Virus record (IMG/VR): IMGVR_UViG_2778261394_000006
Location: 1 to 47,808 of that record
Length of the DNA: 47,808 nucleotides
From: a virus
Lineage: Duplodnaviria > Heunggongvirae > Uroviricota > Caudoviricetes
Direction: 5' to 3' (one strand)
The first letter of the stretch is position 1; the number at the start of each line of letters is the position of its first letter. This document shows positions 1-9,522 of the stretch, piece by piece. The notes beneath the pieces are model-generated. The model was not told the origin of the DNA. It saw only the letters and a program-made list of their open reading frames with translations, and did no database searches. The position numbers and the translations under genes are program-made.

Positions 1-954
1 ATGACTAGCCGCCGCATTGCCTATGCTTATTTCGATCCTGTATGGGATAAAAGCATACACAGTACAGCACAGTTAGTTCGTACAAGTGTTGGACCATTAG
101 AATATCAAGAAGAAATGAAAGATCATCTCATTTGTCCCCAATGTTATGAGCCACTTAATCGTATACCATCAGAGTCAAGTATAACGATTATGACTGACGG
201 GCGAGAAGCTCTCTTCCGCCACTACCCAAATCCAAATGCTCCTTTTTGTTTGTTGAGAAGCGGAGCTATTATCGGGAAACGCTATTCTAGTGAAGAAGAA
301 GCCCAAAAAGCTGTTAGCGACAATGATGTCATTATCATATCCGGATTCATGCAGGAACGACCAGAACTTGTATATCGTGATAATACAGATTCTTCCGCCA
401 CTCGAACGGAAATGTACTTTGAAAGTAAAAATGGGGTATTTGTTGAAATTCCCATCTCTCGTCATCAAGGTGAAACATTCAATCTGCCCAGTAAGATAAC
501 AAGCGTGCAAGCTCTATGTACTAACTTTCAAGAAAACTACTATAAAGAGATATTTATCACCACTGGCACTAGTCTCGCTCGCAGTTATATTTTTTGCGAT
601 GCATTAAAAAGTATTTCTGATATCCGCTCTGAACAAGAAGAACCGGGGTTTTATTTTGGTGAAATAAGTTCAATAGAACAACATACTAATCATTCAACCG
701 TATGGTTAAAATTAAAAGGTTCTTGTTATTATCCTGATTTCAGAGTGCGAATAGAAAATAACACTGCAATTTCTCGTGGTATAACGGACGAAAATGCAAA
801 AAATAGAATTATTATTTTTTACGCTCCAATATCATCTGTCGGCATGGGATACTGGACACATATTTTGAAATGGGGGGAAGTAGGTTTACTGGCTGAAAAA
901 CACAAAGATTTTTTACTTGACGATTATAACAAGAAACACACTAGTAACTGTTGA
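1..954 (+). CDS. Hypothetical AT-rich cargo protein beyond the tail-fibre module; may be truncated at the window edge
   Basis: 317-codon ORF starting at base 1; AT-rich compared with neighbouring tail genes; opposite strand to the late operon; CxxC motif (ICPQC); no family recognised. Confidence 0.5.
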   Translation: MTSRRIAYAYFDPVWDKSIHSTAQLVRTSVGPLEYQEEMKDHLICPQCYEPLNRIPSESSITIMTDGREALFRHYPNPNAPFCLLRSGAIIGKRYSSEEEAQKAVSDNDVIIISGFMQERPELVYRDNTDSSATRTEMYFESKNGVFVEIPISRHQGETFNLPSKITSVQALCTNFQENYYKEIFITTGTSLARSYIFCDALKSISDIRSEQEEPGFYFGEISSIEQHTNHSTVWLKLKGSCYYPDFRVRIENNTAISRGITDENAKNRIIIFYAPISSVGMGYWTHILKWGEVGLLAEKHKDFLLDDYNKKHTSNC

Positions 955-1042
955 AATCATTAAAATATAATTTTCTTGGGCTAATGGCACACAATTCTTC
1001 GTTGCGAATGTGTAACAAAAGCCCAAAATCACCCGTAAATTA

Positions 1043-1606
1043 CTAGTTAATTGCCAGCTTTCTGATTGAGCTCAGATCCTTCAGTGTATTTAACGCTTCT
1101 TTCATCTCTCGCTGACGGCGATAAATTTCATCATTGCGATCAACCTGCGCCTGAACCATTGCAGTAAGTAGCTCATCCAGTTGTTGCATTGACAACTTTA
1201 CCTGCTGATTTTCCGCATCGCCCCACGTCATGACGTCCCGTGCTGTGTCGGATTTCGATGCCATCGCCACCGGATAAAGACGGGCCATAGAATCCGGCCC
1301 CCCGTTCCAGCTATGACCGTTCCATTCAAAAATGAATGGCTGCGCCTCCTGCTCTGTACGCCATGCTTCAATTTCCCGGCGTTTGGCTGCTTTTGCTGCT
1401 TCCAGCATCTCTGGCGTGACGGTGAACGGCGTTATTTCTCCCCATCTCCCGCTTTGCAGCTCCTGCCAGACTCGCTGCCCTGTCTCTGCTGTATCCGTGG
1501 CAGTTGCCGTATACGGAACCGGTTCATCCATGCCATCAAACAACACCCCGCAGTCAATCGCGCCATTTTCAAGATAACGCGCATTTTCGATGCGTTTTAT
1601 TTCCAT
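1043..1606 (-). CDS. Putative tail fibre assembly chaperone for the Stf-like fibre
   Basis: ORF directly downstream of the side tail fibre gene; start placed at internal Met MEIKRIENAR; function from position only. Confidence 0.5.
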   Translation of the reverse strand: MEIKRIENARYLENGAIDCGVLFDGMDEPVPYTATATDTAETGQRVWQELQSGRWGEITPFTVTPEMLEAAKAAKRREIEAWRTEQEAQPFIFEWNGHSWNGGPDSMARLYPVAMASKSDTARDVMTWGDAENQQVKLSMQQLDELLTAMVQAQVDRNDEIYRRQREMKEALNTLKDLSSIRKLAIN

Positions 1607-1613
1607 AAAACAC

Positions 1614-3038
1614 CTACGCAATACGTATGAACAAACCAATCATGACACTGGCTGACCCGGCAGACCCGAGCCCATCACCTGACAGTGCCCGATATGACCC
1701 CGGCATACCACCACCAGAACCCCGCACATATACGGAAACGCTGCCGTTATATCCAACCCCGCTACCGGTCGTGCCGTGACACATAAATTCAACCGCGCTC
1801 AGGCGTGACCCCGGATAGCTGTAACCGCGTTTTATCCGGCGGTCGGTGTCTGCGTCTCCCTTACCGTTATAAGCCGCCAGTACAAGACTGCCTGCACCGT
1901 ACCAGCCGTCCGTGGTACCGGGAGCAATACCGGACAGAAGAGAGATAATGTCCTGTGAGGTAATCTTCAGATTTTCCCAGCCAGTCAGATAACCATTACC
2001 TGTTGTCCAGTAGCGGTTGTAATAAACATCGCCATTAATACCGTAGAAAATAATGGCCTTTGCTGTATATCGCGGCTCCGGTGGATTATTGCGTGCCTCA
2101 ACCCACCGGATGCGGACCATCCCGTTAAACAACACACCTCCGGATATGATTTTACTGTCACCCTCAACAAAATATTCACCCGGCGTCGCATTCCTTACCC
2201 AGGACAGAAAATCATCCTCTGTGTTAAAACGGATACGCTCTGCGGGCAAAAAAATATGCCCAAAACCAAATGCGCCAGGTGTCGCCAGACGCCCTTCAGT
2301 CCGGTCACGAATGTCGCTCTGTGGCGTCATTGTGGCAGCGCTTTTCAGTCCAAGATTAGCACGGGATTCCTGCTGAGCCTCTTCACCTTCATCAGCCAGC
2401 TCTGATAAACGATTCGCCGTTTTCAGTGTCGCAGATAACGCAGTATCAATATCTGCTCTGGCCTGCTCTGCACCGGATGCGGCCTTTTTCGCGGCTTCAG
2501 CATCCTGCCTGACCTCCGCGGCGGTATCCTCAACCCGTGAGGCCAGATTTTCGGCCTGTTGTTTACCCTCCGCAACCGCGTCGGCGTTCTGCTGAACACC
2601 TTCCGCCAGTTTTTTTACCTCTTCTTTTGCACGGGCGGCAGCGTCTGCATGTTGCCCTGCCTGTCGTTCGCTTTCTGTTGCAGTTTCCGCGCTCTGCTGC
2701 GCCTGCGCCACCATTTCCTCAAAACGTTTCACCACGTCGGGTTTGAGGTCACCTTCATCGATGGCTGTCAGAAAATCATTCAGCGTGCCGGGCTTTGAGT
2801 CATCGTATACAGCAATATCGCCAACACAGTACTCGTCGCGCCAGTCCTGTTTCAGATATACGCAATATTTTCCGGTCTGCGCCTTAAAAGAGTACTCGCC
2901 ACAGTTTCCTGTCACCACGTCGGCAACTGTGCGCATCACCACCTCTGAGGTGTTTACCCGGGATTTCAGAATAATGTGGCATCCGGACATGGGGATGCCT
3001 GCGCCATCAATCAGCGCACCTGATATCACTACAGACAT
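1614..3038 (-). CDS. Side tail fibre protein (lambda Stf-like N-terminus)
   Basis: N-terminus MSVVISGALIDGAGIPMSGC resembles the conserved prophage side-tail-fibre N-terminal domain; Ala/Glu-rich coiled region and Gly-rich C-terminus. Confidence 0.75.
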   Translation of the reverse strand: MSVVISGALIDGAGIPMSGCHIILKSRVNTSEVVMRTVADVVTGNCGEYSFKAQTGKYCVYLKQDWRDEYCVGDIAVYDDSKPGTLNDFLTAIDEGDLKPDVVKRFEEMVAQAQQSAETATESERQAGQHADAAARAKEEVKKLAEGVQQNADAVAEGKQQAENLASRVEDTAAEVRQDAEAAKKAASGAEQARADIDTALSATLKTANRLSELADEGEEAQQESRANLGLKSAATMTPQSDIRDRTEGRLATPGAFGFGHIFLPAERIRFNTEDDFLSWVRNATPGEYFVEGDSKIISGGVLFNGMVRIRWVEARNNPPEPRYTAKAIIFYGINGDVYYNRYWTTGNGYLTGWENLKITSQDIISLLSGIAPGTTDGWYGAGSLVLAAYNGKGDADTDRRIKRGYSYPGSRLSAVEFMCHGTTGSGVGYNGSVSVYVRGSGGGMPGSYRALSGDGLGSAGSASVMIGLFIRIA

Positions 3039-3061
3039 AGTTTTTCTCGCGATAAATTAAA

Positions 3062-3607
3062 TCAGGAAGAGGCTTCCGGAGAGACGGGCCATTCAATGGC
3101 GTTATATGAGGTTTTATCAGCGATGGTGCTGAAATCCATCGCCTGCAGCGATTTCGCGTAAATGCGGTACGCTTTCAGCTTCTCCCTGTCTTCATCACTG
3201 ATTAATCCCAGCAGCAGGTCTTTTTCCCATTCGCTGGTCATGATGCTGACCCGTTGTAACAGGGCATCGCGCTCATCTTCCGCTTTAAGTTTGTAGTCGA
3301 AGACAAATTTATCGTCGCGGTAAAACCAGTAACCAGGCACGGTAATACGGCGGTTAGCGGTAATATCAGGAACTTCAATAACACTGGCGTTACGGGGTTC
3401 AATGCCTGTCACATCCTTACCGACCCACACCACGCGCCCGTCTCCGGTGTAAACCATTTTTATGGTGTCACTGGCAAAATTTTTCAGCTCTTCATACCAG
3501 TTTTTGTCATCTTCCGAAAAAAGCCAGGTGATACCATGTTGTTTTGTCATCTGATATTGTTCTGCGGTTTTCGGATTGCCTGCAGTAATATTTTTTAAAT
3601 GCAACAT
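3062..3607 (-). CDS. Tail fibre assembly protein (Tfa)
   Basis: 181 aa; C-terminal AIEWPVSP resembles the conserved Tfa C-terminus; directly follows a tail fibre gene. Confidence 0.8.
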   Translation of the reverse strand: MLHLKNITAGNPKTAEQYQMTKQHGITWLFSEDDKNWYEELKNFASDTIKMVYTGDGRVVWVGKDVTGIEPRNASVIEVPDITANRRITVPGYWFYRDDKFVFDYKLKAEDERDALLQRVSIMTSEWEKDLLLGLISDEDREKLKAYRIYAKSLQAMDFSTIADKTSYNAIEWPVSPEASS

Positions 3608-3609
3608 TG

Positions 3610-4995
3610 TTAAACACTCGCCACGTTATACCAGGTGCCGTTAATCAGTTTCTGAAGCGGTCGGTAATACACGCCGTTGACGTTATCCGCTGAATTTTTA
3701 CCAGTATCCGATATCGATATCCCTGACAATCCGTGTCCCGCAGGAGCGTGATATGTCCAGGAGATTACATTGCTGCCAGGGTTGTAATACATTTCGGAAC
3801 CATAGCGCACATCCTGCACTCCCTCTGTTCGCTGCTTATACCTTGCATCAAAGTTTCCGTAGTCTGACGGTGTTACCCTACCAGAAATGTTCATGGACCT
3901 GTTGCTTTGTAGCGTCCCGTTCTGAAAACGGAATATATGCTGGCCATTGGCATAAATATCCAGCAGGCCGTCGCCATTCTGCTTTATACCCGTATCGTTA
4001 TCCCCGAAAGCAATTGAGTTTCCGCCCAGCGCGTTCTGAACGCCGATACCCAGCGCACCATTGACCTGCGAACCACCGCCAACAGACACTTTATGCGACA
4101 TGGATATTTCGCCCGTCCGCAGATTAATAGTGAACGGGCGAAGTGGACCAATATCGCCGTTTTCGCCCTGATTTTCCCTGGTAGGAATGAGATGCAGGCA
4201 CTCTTCCGAACGACGAAAAATCAGACCAAAGGCTTCGTTGAAAATCCTCAGCGCATTAACACCACGGATTTTCAGCTCCCCGGTCATCAAATCACCAGAT
4301 TTTTTTACATATCGCAGATCAAAATCTGAATAGATATTGCCGGGGTTTATCACACTGAAATAGCTTTTCTCGCTATCAAGAAGGCAAATCAAAGGAATAC
4401 CCTTAATGATATCATTCGCTACCAGCTCGGACTTGTTCCCCTTATAAAGTGGGAACGAACCAAGAACCTTTCCGCCTAGTGTTAATTGAAGCGTCGCGGC
4501 GTTGGTATTGTTCTGAACGGGGAAAACGATAATCGGAGTTCGTAGCGTCCAATCTGTACCTCCATTAACAAAAAACGTCGAGGGAACTTCCAGCGTCAGT
4601 GCGTTTGCAGTGCCGCCAGCAACACCCGCAATATAATGACCGCTCTGAAGCTGCGCTATCTGTACGAAATAGTTTTCCGAACCACGCGTGGCAAAGTTAG
4701 CCACAACATCATTAAGGGACCAACCTTTCGCGGTTGTTCCTTCCTGCCCACGAATGACTTTCAACACATCACCGCTTACCGATACCAAATGACAAATCTC
4801 AAATGCAGACTCTTTATTATCGGTAAGCGTAATTTTTGCATAGACGCGTTGCCCGTTCGATTTATTTTCAAAATCGGCAGAAAGCAATTTTGCAAATTTA
4901 GCTCCCGTGCCCGGCATCACCGGAATATCAGTCTGAATCGTCGTAATATCACCAGCCAGTGCTGAAACAACGTTATTTCCGAATCCAAGAATCAT
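3610..4995 (-). CDS. Tail fibre protein (P2 H / Mu S-like position)
   Basis: 461 aa, Gly/Asn-rich; position between baseplate genes and Tfa. Confidence 0.7.
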   Translation of the reverse strand: MILGFGNNVVSALAGDITTIQTDIPVMPGTGAKFAKLLSADFENKSNGQRVYAKITLTDNKESAFEICHLVSVSGDVLKVIRGQEGTTAKGWSLNDVVANFATRGSENYFVQIAQLQSGHYIAGVAGGTANALTLEVPSTFFVNGGTDWTLRTPIIVFPVQNNTNAATLQLTLGGKVLGSFPLYKGNKSELVANDIIKGIPLICLLDSEKSYFSVINPGNIYSDFDLRYVKKSGDLMTGELKIRGVNALRIFNEAFGLIFRRSEECLHLIPTRENQGENGDIGPLRPFTINLRTGEISMSHKVSVGGGSQVNGALGIGVQNALGGNSIAFGDNDTGIKQNGDGLLDIYANGQHIFRFQNGTLQSNRSMNISGRVTPSDYGNFDARYKQRTEGVQDVRYGSEMYYNPGSNVISWTYHAPAGHGLSGISISDTGKNSADNVNGVYYRPLQKLINGTWYNVASV

Positions 4996-5618
4996 TTTTG
5001 AATCACCGTTGTTGCATAGGAATAAATAAAAGGGAGTTTTACATATTTCTGGTCAATGGCATCTTTCAGAAAATAGCCTATACCATCACCATATTCTGGT
5101 ATCTGAATAGAAAAAACACTGTCCGATACAGTCACGCTCACATCAAAAGTGTGCTGCAACGGCGGGTCTATTCCGTTTTTCCCATGAATGAACCGTGCCA
5201 CACGGCGCTTTAACCAGTCAATGCAGAAATGCGAACCGTCAGCCTTATAAAAATTCCAAGTTAATATTCGCTTGAAATAATCATCCGGAACATACGATGC
5301 CTGCCCCGGAACATAATTCCGCATTGCCGCATAAGGGATTGTATTGTATTCAATGGTATCGTATGCGCCGCGTGCAATAGCCTCCTCGGAAACCTGTAGT
5401 AAAGGCCTTTCAACGCCATAAATCCCGAGAGCAATCCAGTCCAGCAATTGCCCGGTTATTGATTCCGATGTCCAGCATGGCAATGCCAGATTGTTGAGTG
5501 AATCGAGGTATTCCTGAGCAATTTCATTGTATGCATCAAAGAACGCAACAACATTCGGATCATCTCTGTACTGCACAAACGGATAAGCAGGGAGAATTTT
5601 TTCAGTCAGATATTGCAT
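4992..5618 (-). CDS. Putative baseplate/tail protein (P2 gpI-like position)
   Basis: ORF 4992..5726 trimmed to internal Met so it overlaps the upstream J-like gene by only 17 bp; synteny. Confidence 0.45.
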   Translation of the reverse strand: MQYLTEKILPAYPFVQYRDDPNVVAFFDAYNEIAQEYLDSLNNLALPCWTSESITGQLLDWIALGIYGVERPLLQVSEEAIARGAYDTIEYNTIPYAAMRNYVPGQASYVPDDYFKRILTWNFYKADGSHFCIDWLKRRVARFIHGKNGIDPPLQHTFDVSVTVSDSVFSIQIPEYGDGIGYFLKDAIDQKYVKLPFIYSYATTVIQK

Positions 5619-6828
5619 ACTTGTTAACTTGAACCTGTGATACCACCGTCGAAAAATAGGAATAGGTATCGCCATAAACCAGGCTTGTGTCTTTTGCCGG
5701 AGGAACAATATGGCCATTAATGCCAATGCTCACACTGATTGTTGAGATCAACGTCGCATCAACCAACAATCTGACGGAACTGGTAAAAATATCCTGGATT
5801 CGCAGCAGATTTATCGGGTGTCCGACTTCAATAGAATTGATGTAATCAGCAACGTTTTGCTGCACAGCCATAGCAATACCCGCCGGATCAACATAATCAT
5901 CAGATACAGTGTTCCAGGTGATTAGCACCATGACGTTTTGTGATGACGGGATAACGAACGGCACCTGATAAACATCTGGCGAAACGGTTATTGAAACCGT
6001 GCGTTTTTCCACTGCCGCACCAGATGGATTGCTAACATCGTTGGTCAGTTTCGAAATATCCGGTACAGATTTGTAAATAGCATAAGCCACATCATACGGA
6101 TCACCGCCACCAACAACCGCAACCCATTTCCCCAGCGACGACTGCCGGAAAGAAATCAGGTTTTCTCGCACACCGCTTACTGATTTGAGCATCGCTTTAA
6201 AGCAATCCGGTGTTCCCTGCACACCAAACATGCCGGACTCCATGACTTCGGCGCGGTAAGATGCCCACGTTTGCGCCTCCTGACCTGGCATCCCTGCGGT
6301 AAGGTTCGTGCATTTTACAGGCTGATCTTTGGGTACCGATGTAATGACCTGCGTTACGGTTCCTTCCGGTACAGCCCATGAGCCTGACGTTGTGGCCACA
6401 CAGTAGACTGGCTCAGTCTGCCCGCTTTCCGGCACCACCGTATCGCGGGAAACTGCATACTGGTAGTTGCCGTCACCGACAACAAATCCTTTAGGGATAC
6501 CAAACCCCGGCAACGCCTCAAACACCACGTATACCGCCGTATTTGTACTTAATCCCTTCTGTGCTCCATAAATGTTTCCGAGTTGCATCAGTAACGGAAT
6601 ATTTGCGCCGTATGGGCTTACGGAGTTAATAAGGTCCACCCGCGCCTGGTCTATTAATGCCAGCGCCCCGACAGCCGTGCTGGCAAGGTCTGTAATAAGC
6701 CCCGCCGGAAGGTTGGCTGTATATCCAGGTACTTTTTCGGCAACTCTGGTGATAAGATTCGCGAGCAAATCATTGGGTGGCGTAGGCTGCGCCCCCGCAC
6801 TGGTCATAGTAATTGGTATTTCTGACAT
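5602..6828 (-). CDS. Baseplate J-like protein
   Basis: 408 aa; size and position typical of baseplate J family; synteny with V/W-like genes. Confidence 0.6.
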   Translation of the reverse strand: MSEIPITMTSAGAQPTPPNDLLANLITRVAEKVPGYTANLPAGLITDLASTAVGALALIDQARVDLINSVSPYGANIPLLMQLGNIYGAQKGLSTNTAVYVVFEALPGFGIPKGFVVGDGNYQYAVSRDTVVPESGQTEPVYCVATTSGSWAVPEGTVTQVITSVPKDQPVKCTNLTAGMPGQEAQTWASYRAEVMESGMFGVQGTPDCFKAMLKSVSGVRENLISFRQSSLGKWVAVVGGGDPYDVAYAIYKSVPDISKLTNDVSNPSGAAVEKRTVSITVSPDVYQVPFVIPSSQNVMVLITWNTVSDDYVDPAGIAMAVQQNVADYINSIEVGHPINLLRIQDIFTSSVRLLVDATLISTISVSIGINGHIVPPAKDTSLVYGDTYSYFSTVVSQVQVNKYAISD

Positions 6829-6841
6829 ATTTACTCCATTA

Positions 6842-6866
6842 AAAAACCCGCTTTCGCGGGTTTTTT
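6842..6866 (-). terminator. Rho-independent terminator (hairpin CCCGCGAAAGCGGG with flanking T/A runs, bidirectional)
   Basis: aaaaaacccgctttcgcgggtttttt immediately downstream of the moron CDS. Confidence 0.6.
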
Positions 6867-6868
6867 AC

Positions 6869-8029
6869 TTATTCAACCTCTTCTAAACTGCTCACTCTGG
6901 ACCCTCGGCGGAAATTATCATCATTTTTAACATACTCGTATGAATCCAGAATCAAACCAGATATGCGAAGTATATCTTCCGGATTAGTTATATGTATCCT
7001 TTTACCATCCGTATCAAGTCGAGCTCGTCTTATTTCATTCAACTGAACTTCACTAAGCGAAATAGGTAATGTTATAAATGAAGATTTTTTATCATAAAAT
7101 CTTAACAGCCATCTATTAGTTTTACCATTCAATAGTACACCAAAATATGACTCAGTATCTTTATATTCTATATTATCTTCTGTTTGTATGATTTGTTTTA
7201 CCCTTTCAAATAGTTCCAATTCTTTGGCTGTGGTTATTATGTTGGGGTTTTCTTCATCAACAATGGCGTTATTAACTTGTGTATCCGTTGCATCATTTTC
7301 TTTAGTTTGCTCTACCGGTTGTGTAGATAGCCCGGAAACCACCATTGCGCTAACAGCGCGCTCAACGGCCTGTTTAACTAATGGAGTCACGAACTCAAGA
7401 AATCTCTGATTAAGTTGTCTCTCAATATTTGAACGACTAGCAACATATCGAACAAACTCCAGATCAACTTCACGAAGACTAGAACTGATTGTTTTAGTAA
7501 ATGAATTCAAATAAACACTTTCTTCAGCCAGTGTCCGCAAAGCCTCTGGTTTGAATTTATCATAACGAAAACGAAATAATTGTGTAATATCGGAGTGAGT
7601 TAGAGAATCCATTCTTATTTTTAAAAACGGCGTTGAATCCATTATGTTTTTTTGTTTCAAATCCGTAAAAAAACGCCATTCAACACCATTTGTAATGGCT
7701 GATATAGTAACTTCCGGTGTTGAATTAAAATATCTTGATAGCTGTGGGCAGTGATTATCAATTTGTTCTGAAAACGATTTCGCCTCAATGAACATCACAG
7801 GAACATCATGACAAAATAAAGCGTAATCAACCCGTTCATTAGCCTTAACCCCGGGGAAGTCAGCACTATACTCAGCTTTGACTTTTCTTGGATCATACGG
7901 AGTAAAACCAAGAATATCTAGAAATGGCATAATGAGTGCTTGTTTTGTCGTTTCTTCAGTTGTACAAAACACCCCCATTTTTGCAACATGCTCTGTGTGT
8001 ATTTTTAACTTATTTGCAAAATTTTCCAT
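6869..8029 (-). CDS. Moron: restriction-endonuclease-like protein (N-terminal PD-(D/E)xK, HsdR-N-like motif), C-terminal domain unknown
   Basis: Start at second Met (MENFANKL) preceded by GGAGGAG; motif EETTKQALIMPFLDILGF...VDYALF...FIEAK; markedly AT-rich; own upstream AT-rich region and downstream terminator. Confidence 0.6.
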   Translation of the reverse strand: MENFANKLKIHTEHVAKMGVFCTTEETTKQALIMPFLDILGFTPYDPRKVKAEYSADFPGVKANERVDYALFCHDVPVMFIEAKSFSEQIDNHCPQLSRYFNSTPEVTISAITNGVEWRFFTDLKQKNIMDSTPFLKIRMDSLTHSDITQLFRFRYDKFKPEALRTLAEESVYLNSFTKTISSSLREVDLEFVRYVASRSNIERQLNQRFLEFVTPLVKQAVERAVSAMVVSGLSTQPVEQTKENDATDTQVNNAIVDEENPNIITTAKELELFERVKQIIQTEDNIEYKDTESYFGVLLNGKTNRWLLRFYDKKSSFITLPISLSEVQLNEIRRARLDTDGKRIHITNPEDILRISGLILDSYEYVKNDDNFRRGSRVSSLEEVE

Positions 8030-8178
8030 GCTTGTCTCCTCCATGGTAACAATATGTATTTTGCAAATCCGAAATAATATATGTCAATATGCTCCAGCTT
8101 AGAAAATTACTCGCCCCCCTAAAATATCTCTCTACAGCACTCCAAACCAAGGTAAAAGTTTTATCATAAAACTGTGAT

Positions 8179-8526
8179 TCATACCGGCACCTGCGTCCGG
8201 TAACTGGTCCCATTAAAAAACACAACATCGATGTTATAGGTGGGGTTATCTGCTCCATCTACCTTTGAAATTGCCAGTGATGCAAAATACCCAGCAAACT
8301 GTTGCTGAACCATGTTCACATAGTAGTCTGGGTAAATCTGCTGCACGATGCACTGCTGTGCAGGAATACCGTAATTCGCGTAAAACGGCGACTCCCCCAA
8401 TCCCAGCTTTAACGTCTGAATGAGCGTCGTCAGCCAGCCGTAGGAGAAATCACCGTTGGCGTCAGATTCTACTGCAACCCATTTTTTGTTGCCGTTCGCG
8501 TCGGTGACGCGGCCCCATGTTCTCAT
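8179..8526 (-). CDS. Hypothetical tail/baseplate protein (gpW-size, 115 aa)
   Basis: ORF with phage-typical composition between the V-like gene and the moron; position only. Confidence 0.4.
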   Translation of the reverse strand: MRTWGRVTDANGNKKWVAVESDANGDFSYGWLTTLIQTLKLGLGESPFYANYGIPAQQCIVQQIYPDYYVNMVQQQFAGYFASLAISKVDGADNPTYNIDVVFFNGTSYRTQVPV

Positions 8527-8684
8527 CGTGCCCCCATCACTTTAACTAACTCTGTCAGTACTGGTGAAAAGGCAAATGCTAAAGCTACGAGTGCAGCGGT
8601 GTAATACATGCGTCGTAAGGTATTGCTTTTTGCCACTAATTTTAAGGCTTTCACAATCCAGTCTCCTCCGCTAAAATTAATCAC
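8523..8684 (-). CDS. Small hypothetical protein with hydrophobic C-terminus
   Basis: GTG start preceded by GGAGG; overlaps next ORF start by 4 bp; weak. Confidence 0.3.
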   Translation of the reverse strand: MINFSGGDWIVKALKLVAKSNTLRRMYYTAALVALAFAFSPVLTELVKVMGAR

Positions 8685-8741
8685 GGAAGACCTCCAAACA
8701 TACGTAATCATCCCTTGCGTATTCAAGGTGAGAAACAGAAA

Positions 8742-8767
8742 CCCCCGACTGGGCCAACAGTCGGGGG
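8742..8767. terminator. Hairpin cccccgactg/cagtcggggg with T-rich flanks (possible bidirectional terminator)
   Basis: Perfect 10-bp inverted repeat downstream of the V-like gene. Confidence 0.45.
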
Positions 8768-8808
8768 TTTCGTTTTATGGTTAGAATTTAAAGTGAAATG
8801 AACCGGTA

Positions 8809-9522
8809 TTAACCAGGATTTGGTTTCTTCGACGTAATCGTGCTACTGCCGCTTTGAACACCAGTCACATCGTGACTGTGGCCGCTGACGCTCACGCCGT
8901 TGATAACTGCATCCATCTCGACATTAAGAGGACCAATCAGCGAAGCGGTTGTATCCTTCATCTGGGCTTTGTCCTGGACGATCGGTCCGTTGAGGTGAAT
9001 TTTCCCGTTCAGGAAAATATCTTCGGCCTCGAGGTAAACAGCTTTCGACTTTTGCCTGATTTCTTCCAGAGCCACCATTACCGAGCTACTGCCGTCCTCT
9101 GTTTTGAGGATCGCGCCATCCGGACCGTACAAAACGATTTTTTGCGGATCTTCGTCGGACCACTCCTTGTTTGCCAGTGGCACGAAAAACAGGGGAGTGA
9201 GCGACATCGAGTAAGAAAGCGTTGCCATACCGGTTCCCAATCCGGACACACCGCGCAGTGATACATCAGCGGCAATTGTTACTCCTCGATCGCCCGGCTG
9301 TATCGGGTAACGGATATACGGGAATGTGGCGACAGGGATTGTTATCTGCGGGAAGTTGATCCCCTCCGGCAGCATATCAAACTGAACTGTCACTATTTGC
9401 CCGCAGATATCGACAACATGGCAGGGCAATTCGCGGCCTTTAAGCTCGGCTTGCTGGTTACCAGAACTGGTCATCATCTCCGACAGTGTTCGGAGAAACG
9501 GTAATTTTTGAGCGTTTGACAT
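8809..9522 (-). CDS. Putative baseplate spike / assembly protein V-like
   Basis: 237 aa; position upstream of W/J-like genes. Confidence 0.5.
   Translation of the reverse strand: MSNAQKLPFLRTLSEMMTSSGNQQAELKGRELPCHVVDICGQIVTVQFDMLPEGINFPQITIPVATFPYIRYPIQPGDRGVTIAADVSLRGVSGLGTGMATLSYSMSLTPLFFVPLANKEWSDEDPQKIVLYGPDGAILKTEDGSSSVMVALEEIRQKSKAVYLEAEDIFLNGKIHLNGPIVQDKAQMKDTTASLIGPLNVEMDAVINGVSVSGHSHDVTGVQSGSSTITSKKPNPG

Noticed and set aside
8854-9261. 135-aa + strand ORF antisense to the V-like gene
   Set aside because: Fully embedded antisense in a structural gene; no start signals
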